Shown one piece after another: positions 23,976 through 36,582 of a stretch of DNA of 64,000 nucleotides. This DNA is from Heterodontus francisci (Eukaryota). A model generated the notes under the pieces. It was not told where the DNA came from and searched no databases. It saw only the letters and a program-made list of their open reading frames with translations. The first letter of the stretch is position 1, and every line of letters begins with the position of its first letter. The stretch is from the NCBI RefSeq assembly GCF_036365525.1, contig NW_027140453.1:434001-498000 (forward strand). Direction: 5' to 3'. The position numbers and the translations under genes were made by a program.

Positions 23976-24714
23976 GTTAACCTGGTGGTGATGTTACTGG
24001 ACCAGTAATCCAACAGCCCGGGATAGCGCTTTGGTAATCGTGAGTTCAAACCCCACCACAGCCGGCAGAAGAGTTTAAGTTCAATTGATTGAGGTAAAGT
24101 ACCAGTGACATGAATTATGACCATGAAACGACCTGATTGTTGTTTAAACCCCCTCTGGTTCTCTAATGTCCCACAGGAGAACATTTGACCTACTTACCCC
24201 CTTACAACCTGAGTCCTGGTCCACACCAATGTAGTTATCACTTCACTGTTCTCCCAATGCCACTCAGTTGCATCAAGCGACGACAGGCAAGTGCTCAAAA
24301 TTGGAGCAACAAAACACGAAATCCCGGTCGTGACAAATTCCAGTAATTTTTCTGTGACGAGTTTAGTTCTGTGTCTACCCGTGGAAGAAATGTAAAGCGA
24401 AACTGCCGGCAGAGTCAGTTTCTGGAGGAGATGCTCCAAGTCCCGGACCTCCTGTTCACAGGTCAGCACGATCGTGTAATTAGACAGCAGCGACTTTCAT
24501 TTAGATAATGACTTCACCGTCAGTCGAGAAAACGGCCGGAAAACGGTCCGGTTTGGAGGAGAGAGAGGTGGAGAGGGTTAGGGAGGGAATTGCAGAGCTG
24601 AGGTCGCTGTCAGAGGAAGGAACGGCCAAGAAATGAAGAATCGATCAGGATTAGTGGAGCAATAGCGCCACCTACCGCCCATCAATCGCCAATGCAGCCA
24701 ACACTTGGTTAATT

Positions 24715-25325
24715 CAGTACTGAGGGAGTGCTGCACTGTTGGAGGATCAGTGCTGAGGGAGTGCTGCACTGGCAGACGGCCAGTACTGAGGGAGTGCTGC
24801 ACTGGCAGACGGCCAGTACTGAGGGAGTGCTGCAATGTCGGAGGGTCAGTACTGAGGGAGTGCTGCACTGTCGGAGGGTCAGTACTGAGGGACCACTGCA
24901 CTTTCGGAGGATCAGTACTGAGGAAGTGCTGCACTGTCAGAGGGTCGGAACTGAGGGAGTGCTGCACTGTCAGGGGGCCATTACTGATGAAGCACTGCAC
25001 TATCAGAGGGTCAGTACTGAGGGAATGCTGCACTGTCAGAGTGTCAGTACTGAGGGAGTGCTGCACTGTCAGAGTGTCAGTACTGAGGGAGTGCTGCACT
25101 GTCAGAGGGTCAGTACTGAGGGAGTGCTGCACTGTCAACTGGTCAGTACTGAGGGAGTGCTGCACTGTCAGAGTGTCAGTACTGAGGGTGTGCTGCACTG
25201 TCAGAGTGTCAGTACTGAGGGAGTGCTGCACTGTCAGAGGGTCAGTACTGAGGGAGTGCTGCACTGTCAGAGGGTCAGTACTGAGGGAGTGCTGCACTGT
25301 CAACTGGTCAGTACTGAGGGTTTGC
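24715..25325. repeat. 33-bp minisatellite (cagtactgagggagtgctgcactgtcagagggt), ~18 units
   Basis: Directly visible; continues into SINE-like sequence (gagatgttaaacc...). Confidence 0.95.
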
Positions 25326-26558
25326 TGCATTTTCGCCTGAGATGTTAAACCAGCGGCTTGTCTGCCTTCTCAGGTGAGACGCACTATATCCCTTGGACTG
25401 TGTCCTGAGGCAAATAGCAAAGCAACAGGCCATTCGGCCCAACACATTCATGCTGGTGTTTGTCCTGCACACGAGCTTCCTCGCTCTCGTCTTCATCTCA
25501 CCCCATCAGTAGATCCTTCAAAATCTTCCTCCTCCCATTTGTTTATCCAGATTCCCTCTTGATTACATCTCCACTATTCGTCTTATCCCACTCCCTACAT
25601 CCTCTCACTCTCTGGGTTAAGAAGTTTCTCTTGAATTCCGATTTTATTTATTAGTGACTATCTTCTATTGGTGGTTCCTAGTTCCTGACTCCCCCACAAG
25701 TGAAAACATCTTTTGCACGTCTATCCTATCAAAAACCCTTTCATAATCTTAAATCCTTCCATCAGATCACCCCCTCAGCCTTCTCTTTACAGCCCTTCCT
25801 GATCATTATAACCTCTCAGTTCTGATATCATCCTTGTCATTACTTTTTTGCCCCTTCTCCTGTATCTCTATATCTCTTAAAATGTGAAAAGTGCTCCAAC
25901 TGTGTCTAAGCAAGATTCTATACAAGTTTAACATGACTTCTCATAGCTCCGTTATGTTGGGGGAACTTTTAGAAGAAGCAATGGATTCCTGCTTTGTGCC
26001 ATGTTTGCAACAGGACAAAGGGAAATGTACTTACTTTGATGTCTCCATAATCGCCTTCCTTTGAAAATGTTTTGTGTCTATATCCCAATTCAACGTCCAG
26101 CTTTATTGTTAGACATTTTTGGAACCTCTTCAACCCAGAACCTCGCGTTACCTTCATCTGAAGAGCAAGCAGCAGAAGAACAGAACAAAAGAGTAAAACC
26201 CTCAATGTTATAGTTGAGGACCAGGTGCATGGGTGATGGGTGTTGGTGTGCAGACAGATCAGCTGAAATGATAACAGCACTGCGCACATCAACAGAACAC
26301 CTGGGAACTTGCACATCCTTGGTTTGGCAGACCTGGGACTCTGAGTGATAGGTTAAGAGATTGCAGTGTGCACGATTTTGTGTATACATTAAGTGCGTTC
26401 TGTTTGAGGACCCGTAGCTGGTGCCTCCTGAGATCCTGAAGGTTGTAGAGGGACAATGCAGGTAAAGAAAAGGGTAAGGACGGAGTCAGGGATTGGGAAA
26501 AGGGGTGCAACAGAGGGACGGAATTGAGAGGGACAGAAAGAAATTGAGAAAGAAAGAA

Positions 26559-26752
26559 NNNNNNNNNNNNNNNNNNNNNNNNNNNNNNNNNNNNNNNNNN
26601 NNNNNNNNNNNNNNNNNNNNNNNNNNNNNNNNNNNNNNNNNNNNNNNNNNNNNNNNNNNNNNNNNNNNNNNNNNNNNNNNNNNNNNNNNNNNNNNNNNNN
26701 NNNNNNNNNNNNNNNNNNNNNNNNNNNNNNNNNNNNNNNNNNNNNNNNNNNN
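26559..26752. other. Assembly gap (N run)
   Basis: N bases. Confidence 1.
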
Positions 26753-26754
26753 AT

Positions 26755-27112
26755 GCCCTCCTCCTGTTCCGGTGTAACAGGTTCAAGAGGGGCTGAAGGG
26801 CCTCCTCCTGTTTCCGTGTAACATGCTCGAGAGGGGCTGAATGTCCTCCTCCTGTTCTTGTGTAACAGATTTGAGAGTGGGATGAATGTCCTCCTCCTGC
26901 TTCTGTGTAAAAGACTAGAGAGGGGCTGAATGTCCTCCTCCTGTTCCTGTGTAACAGGCTCGAGAGGGGCTGAACGTACTCCTCCTGTTCCTGCGTAGCA
27001 GGCTGGAGAGGGGCTGAATGTCCTCCTCCTGTTCCTGTGTAACAGACTGCATTGGGGCTGTATGTCCTCCTCCTGATCCTGTGAAACAGATTTGAGAGGG
27101 GCTGAATGGCCT
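26755..27112. repeat. ~44-bp minisatellite upstream of D1 (ctcctcctgttcctgtgtaacaggctcgagaggggctgaatgtc)
   Basis: ~8 tandem units; related arrays at 36265-36440 and 56660-56830. Confidence 0.9.
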
Positions 27113-27255
27113 TTAATTGTGCTCAAAATGTCTAACGAAAGTTCAGCACCTGAGTCTCAACTGCCGTCACCAGGTGAAACCCTCGGGAGCCGTTTAAGCG
27201 GCGGGGACTTGTACGTTTTGCTTTCCTCTTTTTTGTATGAGTGTCTATCACTGTG

Positions 27256-27268
27256 GGGACAGCAGGGA
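27256..27268 (+). other. TRBD: TCR beta D segment 1 (GGGACAGCAGGGA)
   Basis: 5' RSS CTTTTTTGT-12-CACTGTG (27228-27255); 3' RSS CACGGTG-23-ACAAAAACC (27269-27307); open in all three frames. Confidence 0.97.
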
Positions 27269-28086
27269 CACGGTGATAAAATCCAATGCAACCTCCGTAC
27301 AAAAACCTCACTCTGCACACCTGGTGGAGGATGAGCAGAAGAGCAGTGACAACAGAGTAAACGAGTCAACATGACCCTGGATTATAACGGGAACTGGGCC
27401 CTTTTCATCATAAAGTTGTCTCAGAATCGTCCAGCTTTATAACCTAGAATGTTCCTCTGGAAAAGAGAATAACTGTGTGTCATTTGTGTGGAAACTGGTT
27501 ACTCTTTAACCCTTAAACCCCACCCTGGTGTCCTGGGACCAATATTGATCCCTCAACCAACATCACAAACAATGATCTGCTCATTAATCTCACTGCTGTT
27601 TGATGGGACTTCCTTGGTACAATATCAGTTGCTGCGTCTCCCTGTGGTGACCACTTCCTAAACAAACTGCTTCATTGGCTGTAAGCTGCTTTGTGTGTCC
27701 TGATTGTCTTGACCAGTGCTTCCTAAATGCTGAGCAGGTCACTTTTAGCAATCTGTTTCTGACCGGGTTGATGTAACGTGATCTGCTGACGTGCTACCAA
27801 CACACCACTCAACTTCGGGACCGGTACCAAACTGACGGTGTTAGGTAAGATAATGGGGCGTTTTTTCCCCCACTCCCTTCATGTCCAGCTGTTTGCATTC
27901 CAAGCTTATTCCCCCCAACCCTCCGCGGGCGGTTTAAAAAGTCAGGCTGATGGCACTCGCCCTTCTTTCTGGTTTGCAAAGACCAGTCCAATATGACCCT
28001 GGCCTCTAAACCACCCCATCCTGTCTCGTTCAGTTACAAGGGGAACATCTCCCGGGTCTGTTCATGACTGAGTTTAGAGCATCGTG

Positions 28087-28134
28087 CAACAGACATAGCT
28101 TACTTCGGCGATGGGACCAAGTTGACAGTGTTGG
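28087..28134 (+). CDS. TRBJ: TRBJ segment TDIAYFGDGTKLTVL
   Basis: 12-RSS heptamer CATCGTG with weak nonamer; FGXG; GTAAGG donor. Confidence 0.9.
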
Positions 28135-28796
28135 GTAAGGCGACTATGTATTTCTGTTCCTCCTATCCATCAGAATCTATGTTTACATGCGGTTAAAAAA
28201 TCACCAGGAGTAATGTTCAGATATTAGATACATAAAGGGGTTATATCATGAGGACTGGTTACTCAGACTAAGCTGACAGTCCCTCGAATATCGAACATTA
28301 AGGGCTGATATAATGGAGGGGTTTGAGGTGTTGGATAGATAGAGAGAGAAACTGCTTCCTCAGGTTGGTGAGGGTGGGGGTGGGGGGGGGAAGGTTCCCA
28401 GAACAGTTTAAATTATCACCTTTCGGGGATGATATCAGGAAGCACTTCTTCACACAAAGGGTAGTGGAAATCAGGAACTCTCTCCCCCTCTTCATCTTCC
28501 CAAAACAATCTGTTGAGACTGGGGGTCAATTGTTAAATTCATATCCAAGATTGATAGAGCTGTGTAAAACAGAAGTATTGAGGGTTACAGAACAAAGACA
28601 GGATGATGGAGTGAAGATTCAGATCAACCCTGATCTAACTGAATGGTGGAACAGGCTCCAAGGGCTGAACGGCCACCTTCTGTCCCCATGTTTCTACGGC
28701 CTTCACCGGTCATTGACATGATATAAATTTCAATGGAACAGACTTAACAATCTAGAGGCATTGAGGGGGATTTTGTGACAGCCCCATACCAGTGTG

Positions 28797-28846
28797 CTCC
28801 TATAGCGAAGCATATTTCGGAGATGGGACCAAACTGGTGGTTTTCG
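28797..28846 (+). CDS. TRBJ: TRBJ segment SYSEAYFGDGTKLVVF
   Basis: GATTTTGTG-12-CAGTGTG; GTGAGT donor. Confidence 0.93.
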
Positions 28847-30355
28847 GTGAGTGAATGCATTCCTAATACTGGAAAAGTTGATTCAATTTGGGAATTCACG
28901 TGAGGTGGTCGAGGGAGTGAAACCATAAGAATTTGGTGAATTTGTATCGTCTCTTCAGGTTACGAAGGGAGACCTGCAACTGTCGAATTCGTTTCACTGT
29001 AGGGAAGGGGTTTGAGTGGATACATAAGGGAGGGTCTCTAAAAGAAACAGAACGAACAGCAATGTAGATACAAATAGAATGATTGCGCTTGTGAGAGAAG
29101 AACAAGAGGACACAGGCATAGAACGAAAAATGTCAGATTGCATCGTTCAGTATGCAGTTCTGGTCTGCATATTATAAAATAAATGATGTAGAGGCTCTGG
29201 ATAAGGTAAATCAGAACAGATTAACAACTGTGCTGCCCAAACTGGGAAGTTGTAACTATTGGGGAATGTCGGACAGACTGGGGCTCCTTTCTCGAGAGCA
29301 GTGAAGTTTGAGGGGTGACCTGGTCGAGGTCTGCACGATTTTGAAAGCGGGTTCGATAGGGTAGACACACGGAAGTTTTTTCCACTTGTGGGGAGACCAG
29401 AACGGGGGGATCATAAATGTCAGATAGTCAGTAATAAATTCAATAGGGAATTCAGGAGAAATTTCTTTACCCAGACAGTGGTGCGAATGTGGAACTCACT
29501 ACCACAAGGAGTGGGTTTAAAAAAGTAGATTGGATAAAAAAAAAATGGATTAAATGAAGGGGATGAGAGGAGTCTCAATGGAGTGCAAACACTGGAATGG
29601 AGCAGATGGGCTGAATGGCCTGTTTGTGTGTTGTAAATTCTATGTAATTCTATATATTCCCTCTTGGCCTCGAGCAGCAATGGATGAAACCATTTTGAGA
29701 CACACTATTTTCAAGTTACTAATCGAACTGGTGAGCTGTCCATATCCAGTGGACAATGAGGTGTCAAGGGCCTCATGACCTTTCCTCATTCACCAGGATA
29801 ATACCGGTATTAAAAGAATTTAATTTCTGACGATGTGTTGTTTAAAGTAGGGTTGCAGTAAATTGAGAATTGGAGATTCAGGAGTGATCCAATTGATGTG
29901 TTTAAGATAATGATAGGATCTGATATTTCCTCTGGTGTGATGGGTCCAGAACAAGAGAGCAAAACCTTAAACTGATAGCTAGACCATTCAGGAATGATGT
30001 CAAGAAGGACTTGTTTACAAAATGCCCCGTGGAATCCAGAAATCTCTCCCACAGAAAGCTGAGGGGGTCAATTGAAAATTTCAAATGTGTGGTTGATTAT
30101 TTTTTGATCGGCAAAGATGCTAAAGGTTATGGAACCAAGAAGGCAGGTCGAAGGCGTTAAGGTACAAATGATTAATAATCTAATTAAATGTCGGAATAAG
30201 CACGAAGGGCTGAATGGTCTACTCCTGTTCCCCAGTTGCTATGTTCCTTTGGACAAAAGTTCCTTATACTTGTCGGTTCTCCCTTATTATGAGGGGCTCC
30301 TTTGGAAAAGGACTCAAAGACAGGTGATGTTTTAATACATGAGTTTATCATTGTG

Positions 30356-30405
30356 CTCTGGTGAGATTTATTATTTCGGAGCTGGGACGAAACTCACTGT
30401 TTTAG
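30356..30405 (+). CDS. TRBJ: TRBJ segment SGEIYYFGAGTKLTVL
   Basis: TGTTTTAAT-12-CATTGTG; GTAAGA donor. Confidence 0.93.
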
Positions 30406-30616
30406 GTAAGATTATGTTTGCACATGTAGATATTTATATATGTAAACATCTCTTTTCATCTGTAAGTCTTTCTATTTCTTTATCTATCAATGTACCTATC
30501 TATTTGTTGGTCTGTGGATCCATCTGTCTGTCTGTTTGTCCATCTATCTATCTATTTGTCTGTCCATAGATCTGTCTACCCATCGTTGTATTTTGGTATT
30601 GTTGTTTAGTTCAGTG

Positions 30617-30673
30617 CGGGCGGGTATACCAACCTGCTACATTTTGGGGACGGGTCCACGTTGACGATTTTGG
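30617..30673 (+). CDS. TRBJ: TRBJ segment GGYTNLLHFGDGSTLTIL
   Basis: TATTTTGGT-12-TTCAGTG; GTGAGT donor. Confidence 0.88.
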
Positions 30674-31017
30674 GTGAGTTCAGTTTCTTTGTTTTCAATG
30701 AAGCAAGGGTCACCTGTAAACATCTTGCAAGAAGGATTGAATGAATAATTGGGAGGGACTTAGAGAAAATCTCCTATTGTCAGGACTGCCACGGTGGATA
30801 ACTGACTAAAAGGTCCACATTTAGACGGGGCAGGCAGTCTTGGGAATTCTGAGAGTTATAACTGCAAACTGCCTGGTTAGTCCACGAGTTTACATTAACT
30901 TACAGTTAGCTTGCGTTAACCAGAGGTCACTATCAAATATTAAGGAATGGCCCAGTGAGTTTCTTTTCTTCCAGAAGAGAGTTGGGGAATGTTTTTGTGA
31001 TGTGAGGTGATGATGTG

Positions 31018-31075
31018 GGAGCAGGGAGTATTCAACCTATGTATTTTGGAGATGGCACTAAATTAACTGTCCAGG
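31018..31075 (+). CDS. TRBJ: TRBJ segment GAGSIQPMYFGDGTKLTVQ
   Basis: TGTTTTTGT-12-TGATGTG; GTAAGT donor. Confidence 0.92.
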
Positions 31076-31815
31076 GTAAGTGAGATGTTAGTCAAAATAC
31101 GTCTCTTACTAGCATTGAAAACGTCGACTAGTTTACTCTCTTCAATTTAAAGAAAGGCGAGAGAATGTGAAAACAGGCAAAACAGTAAGCATTGCATTGA
31201 AGAAGCAAGAATGTAAATAGCTAAATGTAGGAGATTGGAGGAGGGCTGGTGAGAGAGGAATTTGCAACCAGAGATCATGGCTGATCTGATGTTGGCCTCG
31301 ATCCCTCTTTCCTACCTGTTCTCCATAATCCTTGGCTCCGCTCTCTATCTCAGTTTGAATGCATTCACGGGCTCAGTCTCCACAGCGCTCTGGAGGAGGG
31401 AATTCCAAAGATTCACGACTCCCTGATGGAAGACATTCCTTCTCCACTCCGTCCTAAATGAGCGACCCCTCATTCTGAAACTGTGCCCTTTAATTCTACA
31501 TGGGAACATTCTCTCAGCCTTTACCCTGTCAAGCGCCCTCAGAATCTTAGAATTTCCCAGAAGATCATCTCCCATTCTTCTTAACTCCAGATGGAGAGCA
31601 AACAGCAGACAAAACTGGAGGGAGATGGGAAATTAGATTTAAAACAGTGAAAAAGAGACAGAGACAAGGAGATCAATTGTAACAGAATATAAGATAAAGA
31701 GCAATAGGGTGGAATAATGAATATAACACAAGGCAAAATGTTCCAACTATGTTCATTAACTATTGTGTATCGAGTTGAAGAAACGCGAGTTCTGATACAA
31801 AAGTGTAACATTGCG

Positions 31816-31867
31816 TCAGGCAACGATGGTTATACTTTTGGGGGTAATTCAAAACTCATGGTTTTAG
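31816..31867 (+). pseudogene. TRBJ: TRBJ, probably non-functional (SGNDGYTFGGNSKLMVL)
   Basis: Heptamer CATTGCG lacks the essential GTG; FGGN instead of FGXG; paralog of 41057. Confidence 0.8.
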
Positions 31868-33614
31868 GTAAGTGAGATAGAATCGAATTAGCTCTTTAAA
31901 GGAAAGTGGAATCAGAGGGATGTCTAGTTGAAATTTAAAATTATTCAAACCTAGTTGTGGATCTGAGGACCTTATATAGAAACATACACCTTGTATTTGT
32001 GTTCAGACTCCATGCATTACTTCCGAGCCCCATATGGAATATTTCCTGAAACAAACTAGAGACGTATTGTGCATGTGGAAATCGACATGTGATAAGTACC
32101 TTGGATATCAGAGGTTGAATGGCCTAATCCAGTCCCTAATGTAGCTAAATCGGCGTAATGCGAGTTGATGATAGGAGTGAGGTACAGGGACAAATACGTG
32201 ACAATCAAGAAATTTAGAATAAAGAGTTGAGGAAGCTGGAAAGTACCTTCGTTAAAGAAGGATTGACGAGGAGTTGAGCAAGGGAGTTAAGCTGAACCTC
32301 GATGAATCGCTGGTTAGGTCCCAGCTGGAGAATTGTGGGTGTCACATGTTAGGATGGATGTCAAGGCCTTAGAGTGGTTGCACGAATGATTTATTCGACT
32401 GGTTCCAGCGATGAGGGTCTTCAGTTGCGTCTAGAGACTAGAGCAGAGAAAGTTAAGGGGGGATTTGACAGAGGTGTCCAAAGCAATGAAGGCTTTGGAC
32501 ACAGTACATGCTCAGAAACAATTTCCAATGCTCGAAGCGTTGGTAAACAAAGGGCACAGAGTTAAGGTAATTGACAAAATAAACAGGGGTGATATGAAGA
32601 ATAAAACAATTATGCGGTGTGTTGTTATCTGGAATGCGCTGCCTGAAAGGGTGGTGCAAACAGACTCAATAGTAACTTTCAAAAGGGGGACTGGACAATT
32701 ACTTGAAGGGGAAATTATTTCTACTGGTGGATGGGTCAATAAACAAAGGTCAGATATTTAAAATCATTGACAAAAGATCTACAAGGACAATTACTAGATT
32801 CCTTTTCACTCAGAGTTGTCAGAATTTGGGACACTCTAACTGAAGCAGAATGCTGACTCTATGTTTAAATAGAAGTTACAGGAACATAGGATCATCGGTA
32901 CACAGGAGCAGGAGTAGTCCATTCGGCCCCTCGAGTCTGTTCTGCCAATCAATGCGATCATGACTGATCAGTGACCTAACTCTATATACCCCCATTGCCC
33001 CATAATCCCTTAATAGCTGTGGTTAACAACAATCTATCAATTTGAGATTTAAAATTGACAATTGTTCCAGCAGAAGAGAGTTCCAAACTTCTACCATCCT
33101 TTATGTGAAAAGATGTTTTCTAATTTCATGCCTGAAAAGTTCTGGCTCTAATTCTTAAACTCTGTCCCGGAGATCTAGACTGCACAACCAATGGAGATCG
33201 TTTCTCTCCATCTACATCATGCATTCCCCTTAATATCTTGAAAACTTTGCTCAAACCACCCTTTAACCTTCTCTTTTCCAAAGAATAGGAAATGTCGAAT
33301 CTTTCCTTGCAATTTAACCCTTGGCGTCCAAGAATCAGTCTGTTTAATCTACACTACACTTCCCCCAAGACCAGCATATCCTTCCTAATGTCTGGTGCCC
33401 ATAAATGCTCAGAGGAACTCCAGATGTGGTGTAACCAGGGCTTTGTATAGCTGAAACAAGACTTCTACTTCATTCTACCTATTAACTATTTTGCTTTACT
33501 CGTAACTGCTTTCTGAAATAGCCACGCAGTTGTCAAGGGCAACTAGGGATGGGTAACAAATGCTGGCCTTGTCAGTGACGCCCACATCCCATGAATGAGC
33601 TAAAAAAAATGGCC

Positions 33615-33795
33615 TCAACCTCCTCCAGCCCCATACAACCCTCCCTATCCCTGTAACCTCATCCAGCCCCCTACCACCCTCTCTATGTCTGTAACCACCT
33701 CCAGCCCCCTACCACCCTCCCTATTTCTGTAACCTCCTCCAGCCTCTACAACACTCCCTATCTCTGTAACCTCCTCCAGCCTCTACAACTCTCCG
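33615..33795. repeat. ~33-bp tandem repeat (ccctatctctgtaacctcctccagcccctacaa)
   Basis: ~5 units; related units at 43895-44035. Confidence 0.8.
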
Positions 33796-34088
33796 AGATC
33801 TTTGTGATCCTGAAATTCTGGACTGTCCGATTTTCATCGATCCACCATTGAGAGCTGTGCACGTAACCACTCAGCTCTGCACCTTTCTTTCCATCCACCT
33901 TGACGATACTAACATACATGTTCCTTTTGCATGTCGGAACCCACTCGAAGGGCTGAACAGTCTATTTTTGTTCCCGTGCTGCTGTCAGCCAATGTTCCTG
34001 TACTTGTATGTTCTCCATTGTTGTGAAAGGCTCTCTTGGGATAGAACCACAGAGAGGTGTGAGGTTTTATTCAGGGAGTTAGCTTTTG

Positions 34089-34130
34089 CTCTGCTGATAT
34101 TAATACTTCGGAACTGGATCTAAGATTTAG
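34089..34130 (+). pseudogene. TRBJ: TRBJ pseudogene (paralog of 39755)
   Basis: Damaged heptamer; YFGTGSK followed by a deletion; no GT donor. Confidence 0.75.
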
Positions 34131-34289
34131 GCAATATCCCATCTACATAAATGTGCAAATATCCATTGTTCGATCGATCCACAATGTATCTGTGCATCCA
34201 TCCATGTGTTTAGATATCGATACATTACTTGCTTGAGGCTGTACCTGTCTACCCAACGCTGTGTTTTGGTACTGTTGTTTAGTATAGTG

Positions 34290-34346
34290 TAGGCGGGAAC
34301 GCCCAGCCTCTACATTTTGGGGAAGGCTCGACTCTAACAGTTTTGG
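34290..34346 (+). CDS. TRBJ: TRBJ segment GGNAQPLHFGEGSTLTVL
   Basis: TGTTTTGGT-12-TATAGTG; GTGTGT donor. Confidence 0.85.
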
Positions 34347-34867
34347 GTGTGTTAGATGTTTATTCGATTAAGCCAGGATGGCTGGGTTCCTATTGCCTGT
34401 GTCATGCAGATGTTCCGTCCATGGATCTCTGCTCCTTTACTCCAGCAGGAGAGATGAGAATGACAAGGGAAGAACGTAGGTAAGGCGGTTTCCCGTTACT
34501 TTAGTCAGACCAAGACGATAGCCGAACCCCTGCTGTTGACCTTGCTCTGAATCACACGTGAGCCATCTAGCTAACCAAACTAATCGGTCCCCATCCTGCA
34601 TGCACAACTTACTTAATAATTATGACGAACTCCAAGTAAAATTTTCCAGTATTGTCAGAGCTGTATCTGTGGACATCTGACTAACTGGTCCATACATTGA
34701 TGGAGAGCCAGTATTGGGAATGTTTCGAGTTTTAATTGCCAACTACGCTGGTTAGTTTATGAGTTTACTTTGGCCAATGACACTCAAAGGCCCATATCAA
34801 ATATTAATGATAGGGACAATGCAAATTAGCAGGACGCTATTGAGGAATGTTGTGACATGGTGATGTG

Positions 34868-34925
34868 GGAGCAGGAAGTAACCATCCATCATATTTTGTA
34901 GATGCCACGAAGTTAACGGTCCTGG
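34868..34925 (+). pseudogene. TRBJ: TRBJ pseudogene GAGSNHPSYFVDATKLTVL
   Basis: FGXG changed to FVDA; nonamer removed by a short deletion relative to the paralog at 40567. Confidence 0.82.
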
Positions 34926-36099
34926 GTGAGTAGAATATTGGTCGAAATATATCAGTGGCCTCAATCAGCACTGAAACTGTTGGGCAGTTTGCTCCCTTCC
35001 GTTTGAAGAAAGGGGAGAGAACATGAAATTTGGAAAAATAAACAGTCAGCATGACAGTAAAGAAGCAAAGGTTAAAACAATTAAACATAGAGGAAAGGCG
35101 AGGTGGAGAGTGGAAGAAGGCTAGGGAGGCAACCATATACAGAGAGACACAGATTGGGAGCAAAATACAGACAAAAATGAACAGGAAAAGTCATTGTTAA
35201 TTCGTGCTGGGATGCATTTATTGCCCACCCACAATTGCCTTCTGAGTGGTTTGCTGGGCCATGATTTTATTTTTGTCATGGGATGTTTGCACCGCAGGAA
35301 AGGCCAGCATTTGTTGCCCATCCCTAATTGCCCTTGAACTGAGTGCTTTGCAACTTCAGAGGGCAGTTAACAGACAACTGCATGCTGCAGGTTTGGAGTC
35401 CCATATAGAATGTTAGATGGGTTTTACGACAATTGATGACAGTTTCATGGCACCCTGACGGATTTTTATGAATCGGTTGAATTTAAATCCCATCTGCAGC
35501 CAGTTGAATTCACACAACCAGAACACGAGCACGGGCTGCTGGATTACTAGCCCAGCAACATTATCATTTTGCTGGCGTCATCCCTGCGTTCAATGTGGTT
35601 TCGGTCTTTCCACAGTGTTGTTGAGGAGGGAATTCCTTTTTTGACCCATTTTCTCAGAGGGCTGTTTATTCATTTTCAAGCATTGCTCGAATCCCCCCAG
35701 AAATGTGTCATCAAGCCAGTGGTGATACTGAACACGAGCCTCCTCTCCCCCCCACTACACCATCTAAACTTCTATTCCTTTCTCCCTCATGTCAGGTGCA
35801 TGGCGATGGGGGTTGGTGTGCAAAGAGATCTGCAGGAATGATAACAGCACCGCACACATCAACACGACACCTGGGAAACTTGCACGAGTTTGGCAGACAT
35901 GGGTCTCTCTGAGTGATAAGATAAGAGATAGCAGTGTGAACGATTTACTGTCTAGAGTAAGTGGCTTCTGTTTGAGGTCCCGTGGCCGGTATGTCCTGAG
36001 GTCCTGCACGTTGTAGAAGAGAGAATGCGGGTTATGAACCAGGTAAGGAATGGGGAAGGGGGAGGGGAGGAGGGGTGCAACAGGGAGATGGAATGGAGA

Positions 36100-36250
36100 G
36101 AGAGAAAGCAAGCAAGAAAGAAAGCAAGCAAGAAAGAAAGCAAGCACGAAAAATCCATGAATGGATGGAAGGATGGGAGGCAGATCGTAAGGAAGGAAGG
36201 AAGGAAGGAAGGAAGGAAGAAAGGAAGGAAGGAAGGAAGGAAGGAAGGAG
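36100..36250. repeat. (GAAG)n/(GCAA)n purine-rich microsatellite
   Basis: Directly visible. Confidence 0.9.
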
Positions 36251-36582
36251 GCTTGAGTGAATGAATGGGCCTGCTCCTGTGCAAGCTGCTCAAGAGGGGC
36301 TGACTGGGCCTCCTCTTTTTCCTTTGTAACAAGGTCGAGAGGGGCTGAATGGCCTCCTCCTGCTCCTGTGTAGCAGGCTGACGAGGGGCTGAATGGCCTC
36401 CTCCTGTTCCTGCTAACAGTTTGGAGACGGAATGAACGGCCTTTAATTATGGTCCAAAGGTCTAAAAAAATTTCAGCAGCTCAATCTCAACTGACTTCAC
36501 CAAGTGAAGCCCTCGGGAGTCTTTTCAGAGGCAGGGCCTTGCAAAATTAGCATTCTTTTTTGTATGAGTGTCTATCACCGTG

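Noticed and set aside
24578-25348. Long ORFs of 206-250 aa, and a CRISPR-like look
   Set aside because: Products of a 33-bp tandem repeat with no unique spacers; eukaryotic context with no cas genes.
26289-27126. ORFs spanning the N gap
   Set aside because: Artefacts of the gap and minisatellite.
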